Source: a virus (Duplodnaviria > Caudoviricetes). From it: DNA of 59,036 nt. The stretch covers positions 1-59,036 of IMG/VR virus record IMGVR_UViG_3300047548_001221; one strand, written 5' to 3'. Positions 25,901 to 36,500 of this stretch are shown here, in pieces; within the stretch, counting starts at the first letter, position 1; every line of letters starts with the position of its first letter. The position numbers were made by a program, and so were the translations under genes. Under the pieces are notes generated by a model, which saw only the letters and a program-made list of their open reading frames with translations, searched no databases and had not been told where the DNA came from.

Positions 25901-26663
25901 GATACCTGGTGGTAATTTGAGTATAGGATCAGTAGTAAATAAATCTTTAGGAAAACTTGGTATTCCTAGAAACCCAGCGTTAGCAAGTATTATTACAAGT
26001 GCTGTAACAGCCGCAATAAATGACATTGCATATCCTAAAGCAGTTAAAGCTGGTGCCGGATTACCTCGAGGAATTGCAGGACCAACCAATTTTACAGGAC
26101 CAACTAATTTTGACTCTCTAAACGGAATTCAAACAGACATAACTAAATCTTTAAGTGGAATCCAATCGGATATAGTTAAATCTTTAAGTGGAATTCAATC
26201 ATTAGGTAAAAACTTAACAACACTTTCTATCAGTGATTTAAATGCAGGAGAAGCTGCTCAATTAAATGCTGCAATGGGCGCTATTGGATTCGGTGGTGCA
26301 GGCGCAGTAAAAATGCCAACTGTTGGGGAAAATACTTTTAATGATTCTGCAGTCAATGCACAATTAAATTCATTACTTGAAGATTCAAGAATTCCTGCTA
26401 TCAACTTTGGTGACGAACCCGATTCTGGAGGTATAGCGGCGTTAGAAGCAGCAATACAGGCTAATAACGCAGTCGATGCAGAATTCAATTCTTTAGAATC
26501 ACTATTCTCACAAGTAGAAACAGCTAAACAAAAATTCTATGATTTGGAATCATCATTGCCAACTGGTTCTCTTGAAATAATAGAAGCACAAAATGAATGG
26601 TTGCAATTGCAAGAAAAAGCTAATAGGTTATTAGACAGCATTGAGAATAAAATTAATTACTAA
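22980..26663 (+). CDS. Central spike protein (gp5/VgrG-like) with long C-terminal extension
   Basis: OB-fold NIDPTRSGRIQVYI...SPPDLESQVICIFINGD; GGHSIVLDD/GHQLLMSD and beta-helix repeats ending NGSRINLNSG; followed by a gp25-like gene. Confidence 0.8.
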   Translation: MAEDIFKPAGATKASKPDAGGGVIRSVPVYGIVKNNIDPTRSGRIQVYISDLGGNDPDNPANWATVSYMSPFYGFVQPTAPNQGEGDFVANPASYGMWYSPPDLESQVICIFINGDPNYGYYIGAAPKPEALHMVPAIGSSDKIITNNSSESQSYGGASILPVTNINTNNTSTSDDDNFLDLPKPIHSYQAAILFKQGIIRDTLRGPITSSANRESPSRVGWGVSTPGRPIYAGGFTDANIAQAASEGKNDESLRVISRVGGHSIVLDDGDLIGRDNLVRIRSSAGHQLLMSDDGQTIFIIHSNGQSWIEMGKEGTIDLFSTNSFNIRTQGDINFHADNNINIHAKKKLNIKAEDIYIQSEKSTCHNIGSDYKLQTSGKYSHKIAGIMSMQSGGDASFESAGTLYVNGSRINLNSGSGPSADDVQPLQDIAHTDTLFDNVKGYLAAPGLLKSITSRTPAHMPWVNANQGVNVEVSPSTDDNLPSAPNAALERATQIAESSTSASPLSAAGLATVPSVKPVSNSIDGPTTSAIVGALATNAANGPASLAVKTGAGVVPTSDGPVVALGSLAQTPAQLEAAGFLKPGAAVLVDALIKAGQPLNSALTKNLFTGKNGVGDLNAFLNNPAAQISGMVDNLQKSQTSLTNAGILTGSESPVAIAGLVMSGSTCGVPETLAAVKNVTGGTNQPANAGLPGVTNPVFNALNSGNFAAGLSQSSTSGLGSIVGAVAAMGAASKIMGNKNKGATAMAVAAIATTMLPLPNKKPANLKTISAENMAIAEARSLRVADPFKDAKDFLKLTGRIGGGKVNQIAGAVIGGLNAVNRYNNAKNPQQTIGAITGIIGSVGRIGSATGNNNLAKQTRQVNTVINAANQINNSLNTISNAKTVVGQLGGLGRILGSVGQVGRAFGNKNLVRSTRKAGTIISSSQGILRGVDKLTTSKNINTTLGALNSIVRNASRIKGTVGRSSKASGMSMIPGGNLSIGSVVNKSLGKLGIPRNPALASIITSAVTAAINDIAYPKAVKAGAGLPRGIAGPTNFTGPTNFDSLNGIQTDITKSLSGIQSDIVKSLSGIQSLGKNLTTLSISDLNAGEAAQLNAAMGAIGFGGAGAVKMPTVGENTFNDSAVNAQLNSLLEDSRIPAINFGDEPDSGGIAALEAAIQANNAVDAEFNSLESLFSQVETAKQKFYDLESSLPTGSLEIIEAQNEWLQLQEKANRLLDSIENKINY

Positions 26664-26666
26664 ATA
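26659..26666 (+). promoter_or_regulatory. Late promoter (ACTAAATA), probably giving a leaderless gp25 mRNA
   Basis: 5 nt (AATAT) to ATG 26672; overlaps the gp5-like stop codon. Confidence 0.6.
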
Positions 26667-26671
26667 AATAT

Positions 26672-27121
26672 ATGCCACAATACATAGGTTTCAGCACACG
26701 TGGAGCGAATAAACCAAAAACTACTAACCAACCTACCGGCAATGATGGGGGTGTAGGTACAATAAAGAAATCATTAAACACTGGTAGAAAATTTCGTTTG
26801 GTTGATGAAGCGTTGGTCATTAATGATTTTATAAACGCCATAAACATTAAACAAGGTGAAAAAGTAGGACAACCTGGTTATGGAACAACATTATGGGGAT
26901 TTGTTTTTGAACCAAATACATCTAGCGTACAGTTTCAATTAGAAACTGAAATTCGCAGAATAGCTAATTTAGATCCTAGATTAATACTTAACTCAGTAAA
27001 AGCTTTTCCTCAAGATAATGGAATTCTACTTGAAATTGAAATTGCTGTTGCCCCATTCAACCAAGCACAAGTTCTAAGTCTATTTTTAGACCAAGGAACT
27101 AATCAAGCTATTATTCAGTAA
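26672..27121 (+). CDS. gp25: Baseplate wedge/sheath initiator (gp25-like)
   Basis: GEKVGQPGYGTTLWGFVFEP...DPRL motif. Confidence 0.9.
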   Translation: MPQYIGFSTRGANKPKTTNQPTGNDGGVGTIKKSLNTGRKFRLVDEALVINDFINAINIKQGEKVGQPGYGTTLWGFVFEPNTSSVQFQLETEIRRIANLDPRLILNSVKAFPQDNGILLEIEIAVAPFNQAQVLSLFLDQGTNQAIIQ

Positions 27122-27148
27122 ACCGAAAAAAATACGGTTTTTAGGTAT

Positions 27149-27156
27149 GATAAATA
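27149..27156 (+). promoter_or_regulatory. Late promoter (GATAAATA)
   Basis: 18 nt upstream of ATG 27175; preceded by weak hairpin AAACCG-N9-CGGTTT (27120-27140). Confidence 0.7.
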
Positions 27157-27174
27157 CTTAAAAGAGATAAACCT

Positions 27175-30100
27175 ATGGCTACAAGTTCACGACAATCTGC
27201 AATTTTTGGGGTAAATGACTGGCAAGCAATCTACCAGACGTTTAGGGAAGCCGATTTCAGAAGCTACGACTATGAAACTTTACGTAAAAGTTTTATAGAT
27301 TATTTGCGGGTGTATTATCCTGAAACATATAATGATTTTATCGAATCAAGTGAATTTATAGCATTACTAGATGTTATTGCATTTATGGGACAGGGTTTAG
27401 CGTTCCGTAACGATTTAAACACACGTGAAAATTTTATAGATACAGCCGAGCGCCGCGATAGTGTAATTAAGCTAGCCAATTTGGTTAGTTATAATCCAAA
27501 AAGAAATTTAGCCGCGCAGGGATATTTAAAAGTTGTTAGTATTCAAACTACACAGAATATTAGTGATTTGAATGGAACTAATTTAGGTAATTTACCTATT
27601 CTTTGGAATGATCCAGCTAATCCAAATTGGTTAGAGCAATTTAATACCATTATTAATGCAGCATTAGTCGATACACAACGTGTAGGTAGACCAGCGAATG
27701 TTGCGGATCTTTTAGGTGTAACTACAAGCGAATACACACTAAGAATTCCAAACACTACATTACCTATTGTACCGTTCACATCTACTGTCGATGGTATAAA
27801 CATGAACTTTGAATTATGCAGCGTTACTAGTGTTGATGCTGATTATATGTATGAAATTCCTCCTGCACCTAGTGGTCGTTTCAATATGCTATATCGAAAT
27901 GATAAGTTAGGATATGGTAGTCCAAACACTGGGTATTTCTTCTATTTCAAGCAAGGTAACTTACAAAATTACGACTTCACGTTAGAACAACAAATAGCTA
28001 ATCAGGTTGTTTTTATTGGAGACATCCAAGGTATCAATAATGAAGATACATGGTTGTATCAATTAAATGAAAATAATGGTACTAGAACTCTATGGACAAA
28101 GGTAGAAAACATCTATGCTGATGCTTACCTACAAACTGAAACAAGTAACAGAACAATATTTTCTGTAAGTTCTAGATTCAATGATCAGGTAAGTTATGTT
28201 TTCGGTGATGGAGTTTTCAGTCAGATTCCTGTAGGCACGTACCGAGCATATGTACGTGCAGGAAACGCACTAACTTATACTATCGATCCTACTGAAATGC
28301 AAGGTATTACAGTGTCTTTTACCTATATCAATAGGTTGGGTAAAGCAGAAATACTCACCGTAGGTTTAGAGTTACAATTACCGGTTAGCAACGCACAAGC
28401 ACGTGAACCAATAGCACAAATTAAACAACGTGCTCCTACTAGATATTATACGCAGAACCGTATGGTTAATGGTGAGGACTATAATAACTTCCCCTATACA
28501 TTGTATAGCTCTATCATAAAATCGAAGGCAATAAATCGTAGTAGTATTGGTGTTAGTAAAAATCTAGATTTACTGGATCCTACTGGAAAATATTCCAGCA
28601 TTAATAGTTTTGCTAACGATGGTGCATTATGGCAAAACACAGATGATGGTTTCCTAACACTAACTATAAGCACTATCGGTAATATCATTACGTTCCTAAC
28701 AGATTCATTGGGAAATGTTTTATCTGGCAATAGAGTGGTGCAGTATTATACTCAAAATTTCACACAATATTCTATTAATAGTGCATCAGGAGATGGTACT
28801 GTTTATTGGAATACTAATTCAGTAGATACCAATTCGTTAACTGGATATTTTTACAACATTACAGATAATAGTCCATTGCCAATTCCAATTGGTACTTATT
28901 CAACAAACAATGTAAAGTATATTACACCTGGTGCATTGATAAAATTTGTGGCTCCTAGTGGTTTCTATTTTGATGCTAATAATCGCTTAGTCGCAGGAAT
29001 TCCTGGACCAAGTAATCAAACGTATATTTGGACAACTGTTTTATCAGTAATAGGTGATGGATATAATAACGGTCAAGGTGGATTCGCAAATGGTACAGGT
29101 CCAGTAACATTAAATGGATATGTACCAAATGGAGCAATTTTAACTACAGTATTACCTGCTTTTGATAATTCTCTTTCTAATGAAATAGTACAAGAATGTA
29201 TCATTAGAATGGAATTGCAACAAAACTTTAGTTTAAAATTTGACAACTCATTAACTGTTGCGCAAGATAGATGGAGTATACAACTTTATAATGACCCTAA
29301 TTGGTTTGTCAGATTTGAAAGTCAAGCCGGCGGAAGATATACAGTCACGTACCGTTCACTAAGATATTATTTTGGTAGTGTAGAAGATACAAGATTTAGT
29401 TTCGAAAGAGACAAGCTTGTATATGATCCACTGAGTGGTAAAATTCTTCAAGATTTTATCAAGGTGTTAGCAACCAATACACAACCAAATAATAACAACG
29501 CATTAGCCAAAGATGTGCAAATTAATATCGTTGGACAAACCGTTGAAAGCGACGGATACATAAATGACTTTGAGGTAGAAGTTGCTAGCAATGATATCAA
29601 CAATAGAGGATTGATTGTTAACCCTGATTTCTTCCAAACTGTTACTGGGTACGTGACCGGATCTTCGAATATTGGTGTGTATGTATTTTTTGAGTTAATT
29701 GAAGATGCGATTAATCTATCTAGGTTACAAATAGTTCCGACTTCTGACGTTGTGCAATATCAAACAAAAACACAAATTGAAGTATCAAAGTATGATTATC
29801 CACTAGGACAATTATTTTATGCATATGGTGAAAATACTTTTTGGAAAACTATACAGGACAATACTGTAACAACACCTTTTTATAATCTTGTTGCACAACC
29901 ACAATACTCAATTAAATATGGTCGCCAAGGATTACAGTTTCAGTACCGTCATAATAGTAATAATACCACACGCATCGATCCTGCTACGACTAACATTATT
30001 GATTTATATGTAGTTACTCAAAGTTACTATACGCAATATCAAAATTATATTCAAGACACTACCAATACAGTTCCTATGCCTCCTAAACCCACAATCAACG

Positions 30101-30546
30101 AATTAAGTGAGGAATACGGACAACTAAATAATTATAAGATGCTTAGCGATAGCGTAGTTTTAAACAGTGTCGTTTTTAAACCATTGTTTGGACCTAAAGC
30201 AGCACCAAACTTGAGAGCAACGATTAAAGTGATAAAATCATCAAATACAAATGCAAGTAATAGCGAAATTAGAAGTTCGGTATTGGCCGCGATGAACACG
30301 TATTTTGACATTAATAATTGGAACTTCGGGGACACCTTCTATTTCTCGGAGTTAAGCGCATACCTACATGATCAATTGGGCGAACTAATTAGTTCGGCAG
30401 TGTTAGTTCCAAACGATCCTACAATGAAGTTCGGAGACCTTTATGAAATAAAATGTTCACCCTATGAAATCTTTGTAAACGCTGCTACTGCAGATGACGT
30501 AGTAGTAATAGCTGCACTAACACCAGCTGAATTGCAAATCGCATGA
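27175..30546 (+). CDS. gp6: Baseplate wedge protein (T4 gp6-like)
   Basis: ENFIDTAERRDSVIKLANLVSYNPKR, FGDGVF, EPIAQIKQRAP, QNRMVNGEDY motifs. Confidence 0.9.
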   Translation: MATSSRQSAIFGVNDWQAIYQTFREADFRSYDYETLRKSFIDYLRVYYPETYNDFIESSEFIALLDVIAFMGQGLAFRNDLNTRENFIDTAERRDSVIKLANLVSYNPKRNLAAQGYLKVVSIQTTQNISDLNGTNLGNLPILWNDPANPNWLEQFNTIINAALVDTQRVGRPANVADLLGVTTSEYTLRIPNTTLPIVPFTSTVDGINMNFELCSVTSVDADYMYEIPPAPSGRFNMLYRNDKLGYGSPNTGYFFYFKQGNLQNYDFTLEQQIANQVVFIGDIQGINNEDTWLYQLNENNGTRTLWTKVENIYADAYLQTETSNRTIFSVSSRFNDQVSYVFGDGVFSQIPVGTYRAYVRAGNALTYTIDPTEMQGITVSFTYINRLGKAEILTVGLELQLPVSNAQAREPIAQIKQRAPTRYYTQNRMVNGEDYNNFPYTLYSSIIKSKAINRSSIGVSKNLDLLDPTGKYSSINSFANDGALWQNTDDGFLTLTISTIGNIITFLTDSLGNVLSGNRVVQYYTQNFTQYSINSASGDGTVYWNTNSVDTNSLTGYFYNITDNSPLPIPIGTYSTNNVKYITPGALIKFVAPSGFYFDANNRLVAGIPGPSNQTYIWTTVLSVIGDGYNNGQGGFANGTGPVTLNGYVPNGAILTTVLPAFDNSLSNEIVQECIIRMELQQNFSLKFDNSLTVAQDRWSIQLYNDPNWFVRFESQAGGRYTVTYRSLRYYFGSVEDTRFSFERDKLVYDPLSGKILQDFIKVLATNTQPNNNNALAKDVQINIVGQTVESDGYINDFEVEVASNDINNRGLIVNPDFFQTVTGYVTGSSNIGVYVFFELIEDAINLSRLQIVPTSDVVQYQTKTQIEVSKYDYPLGQLFYAYGENTFWKTIQDNTVTTPFYNLVAQPQYSIKYGRQGLQFQYRHNSNNTTRIDPATTNIIDLYVVTQSYYTQYQNYIQDTTNTVPMPPKPTINELSEEYGQLNNYKMLSDSVVLNSVVFKPLFGPKAAPNLRATIKVIKSSNTNASNSEIRSSVLAAMNTYFDINNWNFGDTFYFSELSAYLHDQLGELISSAVLVPNDPTMKFGDLYEIKCSPYEIFVNAATADDVVVIAALTPAELQIA

Positions 30547-30556
30547 GTAAGTAATT

Positions 30557-33500
30557 ATGGCAACAAGAATTAGAACACTAAATTTTCTTCCTGAAATATT
30601 TCAGACACCTACAAACGCACAATTTTTAGCGGCTACTTTAGATCAAGTGGTAGCACAACCAGAAACTAAAAAAATTCAAGGATATATAGGAAGTAAATTT
30701 GGTTATGGTATAAATGCAAAAGACTATTATGTAACTGAACCTACTAAGGTAAGAAAAGATTACCAGTTAGATCCTGGTATTGTATTCACAAAAAAGAATG
30801 AAGCAGTAGCGCAAGATTTTATTAGTTATCCTGGTATATTAGATGCGTTAAAATTGGAAGGTGGATTAACGAAAAACAACGATCGGTTATTTAACAGTGA
30901 ATTTTACTCATGGGATAGCTTTACCAATCTAGACAAAATAATTAACTTTAATCAATACTATTGGATACCAAATGGTCCTGATAGTGTTATAGTTTCAAGT
31001 GAAACAGTTTTTTCTAGCAATGATTATATAGTTAAAAGTTTATCCAATGGATATAGCATTGTTCCATTGACTGCTAGTGAAGGTGCCAGCAGCACCAACC
31101 CAACAATTATTTTACTTCGTGGAGGCACGTATACATTTGAAGTAAATCAAGATTCACAATTTTGGATTCAAGGCGAACCCGGGGTAACTGGTTATAGTGC
31201 AACTCAACCAAATTTACAAACAAGAGATGTGTACGGAGTTAACAACAATGGCGCTAGTGTTGGCATTGTTACTTTTAATGTTCCTCCAAAAGACGCACAA
31301 GACGAATACAATTTCCCAGGAAATAATTTAGTTGATGTTGTATCTACTCTACCTTTCTCTGAGATAAATGGCAAACCATTAAGTGAATTAGGTAATATAG
31401 ACGGTATATCATCGTTAGAAAATCTAACAGTTATGTTTTATAACACAGGTGATGTAAACGAAATTGGGTACATATCTAACTTTTTTGATTCTACGGCATA
31501 CGATGTTAATAACGGATTAGTTGGCCCACAAACAGTAACTGTTACATCAACATCTGGTACTACGAATCTAGTTACTTGCGCTAACACTAATAATTTAACC
31601 GTAGGAGGTACAGTAACCTTCACTGGTTCTCCCTTCGGCGGGCTTTCTGCGTATTCTCCTACACTACCTAGTACTATATACTACATCACATCCATAGTTA
31701 ATGGTACTCAATTTACGGTGTCTACACAGCAACCTGATATTGCTCTTGCCACTCAACTAGTAGCAGGAAAAATATACATCATCACAAGTCTAGGAACTAC
31801 CGATTTTACTATATATGGCGCACCCACTAACGTTGTTGGAACTATATTTACAGCAACAAGTTCTGGTATAGGTACAGGCACAGCGAGAGAGTTAACAACT
31901 GGACTAAATTTTGAAATCGGAGAAACATACACCATCACGTCATTGGGAACTACAGATTTTACCCTAATGGGTGCAGCTAGCAATACAGTTGGATTAACAT
32001 TCATAGCAACCGGTAGCGGAGTAGTTACTGCAGGATCTTTCGTGCCGGGATTGAATTATGTTATTACATCACTGGGAACTACAGATTGGAATGCTGTAGC
32101 AGGAACAACAGGTCTTTCCTATATAGTAGGTGATATCATAACAGCAGCCACATCAGGTAGTGGTACCGGTCAGGCAAATCAAATGACAACTGGTTCAGGT
32201 ACTGGTACTGCGTATGTTGGAGCAACGAATGCAGTTTTAAGTTCTTCCAGCGGGTCAATGATATTAAATTACAATTTAGGATTATATGAAGAAGGATATT
32301 ATACAAACGTTAGTGATTATTTTTATCGTATAACCTATATAGGAGATCCTTCTAATCCTGTAATTAGATTAGTAGAAGATTCTCAAATACCTACTAACGA
32401 AAAAATTACAGCAGTATATGGTACACAATGGATATCTAGAAATTTTTATAAAAATGACGCCGGAACCATTTTATTAATACCATACATTACTGCTCCATTA
32501 GATACTTTATATTACCAAGACGGTACGTCACCTAATAAAGTCGGTACAATTAGAATTATCGAAAGTAACATTCTCAACACATTAGATGTAGAGCGTGATA
32601 TTTTAGGAAAAACGCAATTTACTGCTACTAATGGGGTCGTGTTTACAAATGGGTTAAAAGTAAAGTTTCAAGGAGATGTAGTACCTAGAAGTTATCTAAC
32701 AGGAGAGTATTATGTAGAAGGTGTAGGTACTAGTATAGAATTGCTCCCAGTAGAAAATTTTGTTTCTCCTGAAGGATTTACTTCTGGTAAATACGATCCA
32801 TGGGATACTATTCCATGGGACACTGCAGCATGGGAAGGTGATTCCTACATACCTGTTACCCCTGATTACATTACTATATCTAGAAATTCAATTGATAAAA
32901 ATGCTTGGTCACGAAGCAATAGGTGGTTTCATATTGATGTAATAAATGCAACTGCAACTTACAACAATAACCCTAATTTAGTAACACTATATACTCTACC
33001 CGAGTATAAAGCAAAACGTCCTATTATTGAATTTTATCCTAATCTAAAATTATTCAATTTAGGTATCGAAGGAAAAAATCCAGTTGATTTTATCGATCAA
33101 AGAACTACGGATGCATTTGGTTTAGTAGCAGGACAACAGAATTATTATCCAGACGTTGAAGTATACACCAAATATGCTGGAACTATTAGTGCTACTAATT
33201 ATTCTCCTACTCGATCACTAACATCATATAGTTTGTCTACAAACGAATTTACAGTAAATTCTACTGCAGGTTTTAGAGTGAATGATCTTGTTGTCTTTAA
33301 CGATACTCCACCTGCCTTAGGAATTACAACTGGTTCAGTTTATTATATTACTGAAATATTAACAGGAACAACCTTTAAAATATCATCTACTAGAGGCGGA
33401 GCTAGTGTAGGTTTTACTATAGATTTGCCAGATCCACCTACTTATACTGGTCCATGGTCAATGACATGGACTCCTCAAAGTACTACAATCACTATTTCTG

Positions 33501-36500
33501 CTGATGATGTCATCGGGGCGTTTACAGTAGGACAATACATTACTGATTCTACTAATCAACTTCCTAAAAATTCTCAAATTGTGGCTATTTCAGGTACAAC
33601 AATTATTACACTGGAAGTAGAATGGGAAGTTGGATCTTCGGTATACATACCGATTACAAGTAATGCATCATTAATAGCTACGGACACAACCAATGACAAT
33701 TATGCACTGTTCGAAGGATCAACTATTATTTTTGCAGCAGATAATGATTTAAATGTAAGAAATAAGATTTACGTTTCACGTTTTTCTGACATTGCAGGGT
33801 CATCTATTCCCGTAATTACATTAACAGAAATTCAAGATGGTAATGTACTACCGGAACAGCAAACAGTTGCACTCAGAGGTTACTTTAATCAAGGAAAAGA
33901 ATTTTGGTTCAATGGAGATAATTGGATTGATGGTCAACAAAAAACTGACGTAAATCAACCACCACTCTTTGATATTTTTGACAGCAATGGCATAAGCTTT
34001 GGTAATTCTGATATATACCAAGGTACATCCTTCATTGGTTGCAAACTGTTTGGATATGGAATAGGAACAGGACCTGATGACTCTATTTTGGGATTTCCGA
34101 TAAGATATAGCTCAGTAGAAAATTTAGGAGATATAAGTTTTGATGTATCATTAAATTTGGATACGTTTGATTATGTTAGTGGAACTTCTCCCATAACACA
34201 AAAAGTTAACACAGGTTATGTATACCAATATAACACACCTAACCAACCTGTACGTCAGATAGGTTGGCAGACAGCAGTAGCTCCTAGCGTCCAATATCAA
34301 TTGTTTGAATTTGAGTATGATGTTTTAAAACCTACATTAGAATTCGTATGCGACATTAATACTATAAATTCTACTGATATTGCATGGCCAGTTATTAAGG
34401 TTGCAATTAACAATGTAATATTGTCAGATTCAGAATATACAGTTTCTTCAACAAATGTTTCTACTACTATAACGTTGAATAGCAGTCCTGTCACTAATAC
34501 GATAATTCAAATTGCTTTATTAAGCAATCAAACAAGTCAACAGGCTTTCTATTCAATACCAATTAATTTAAATAATAATCCATTAAATGCAGACATCGTT
34601 GTTGCTAATGTGGGTGACATTCGCGGGCAATACCAAAGTATGTTTTACAACAATCCAAATACAACTGGAGAAGTATTTGGATCAAACAACTTTAGAGATT
34701 TAGGTAACATGGTTCCCTGGGGGGACAAGATTATTCAGAATAGTGCAAGTTTAGTTCTTCCTGGCACATTGTTGCGCAAGACAGAACATAACCTATTTAA
34801 TGCATTGATGTTCAATAGCAAAGAATATGTAAAATTCAAGAATTTATTAGTTTACACAGTGCAGAATGCTGATTATCAGCAAAGATATGACGCAGCTACA
34901 ATGTTGGATGACGCACTTGACTATATAACGGCAACTAAAACTGATAGCCAGCCGTTCTTTTGGTCAGATATGATACCGAACAAAGCTGCTTATATTGTTA
35001 ATACATATTCATTTGCTAATAGTTTAGATGTTAGTATCTATCCGTTATCGAAAACATATGACTTTACAAAAGCAAATTACTATGGTGTGCTTGTTTACCT
35101 AACTCGCGCTGTCAATAATATTTTAGTTACACGCCAACTAATTAAAAATACAGATTACACCATAAGCACAGATTCTCCTTCATTAACGATCACCTTAGAT
35201 TTATTGCCTGGTGACGTAATTACTATAAAAGAATATAACCAAACATATGGAAGCTATGTTCCTAACACACCTACAAAATTAGGTCTGTATCCAGCACATA
35301 TACCACAAGTCATTCTAGATAGTAACTACTCTACCCCTACATATTTTATTAAGGGTCACGATGGATCATATACAAAATTATACGGTGAATATGATCCTAA
35401 TACAGGTATTTTAGTTGACTTTAGAGATCAGGTACTATTAGAATTTGAGTTGAGAATTTACAACAACTTAAAATTAAGTGCGACAATTCCTATTCAAGAG
35501 TACGAAATAGTTCCTGGATTCTTTAGGGAAACAGACTACACATATGAAGAATGGTTGTACATGTATAGTACAGCATTCTTGAATTGGGTAGGTCAAAACC
35601 GTTTAGATTTCAAGACACAAATCTATAACGCTGCTGATCCATATACGTATAATTATTCTCAGAGTGGTAACGCATTAAACAAGAAACCAATATCACAAGG
35701 ATATTGGAGAGGTATATACCAATACTTCTATGATACAACCAATCCTAATACAGCACCGTGGGAAATGCTAGGCTTTACAGAAATGCCAAGCTGGTGGACA
35801 TCACGTTATGGTCCTGCCCCATATACAAGTGACAACTTAGTGTTGTGGGAAGATTTAGCAAATGGTATCAATTGGAATAACGGCAATCCTATAGTTATTG
35901 AACAGGCCGTGCGCCCAGGTCTATTAGATGTTATTCCAGTAGACAGCGCAGGAAACTTATTAGAACCATTGAATTGTATTGTAGGAAACTACAATCAAAA
36001 TCTATTCAGACGTGATTGGAAAGTAGGAGATGATGCGCCGGTAGAATTCAGCTACAGACGCAGCAGCACATATCCATTCGATCTAGTAAGATTGATGGCA
36101 TTGATGAAGCCAGCGCAATTCTTTAACTTAGCAGTAGATTTAGACAATTACAAGTATAATGAAGAATTCAATCAATATCTAGTAAACGATAGAAGCCATC
36201 TTGTTATTAAAGATGTAGAAATTTACGGGGATGGAACAGCTAAAACCAGTTATTTAAACTGGATAGTAGATTACGAAAAACAAATAGGAATAGCTGCTAC
36301 TGAAAACATAAAAACTCTCTTTGACAATTTAGATGTTCGTTTAATTTACAGACTAGCAGGATTCAGTGACAAAATATTATTGCAGTTCTTTGTAGAAAAA
36401 GGAACCCCAAACTCTAATAATGCAAGTTTATTGATTCCTGACGAAAGCTATAGTGTATTGTTATATGACAATCAACCATTCAATAGGGTAATGTATTCAA

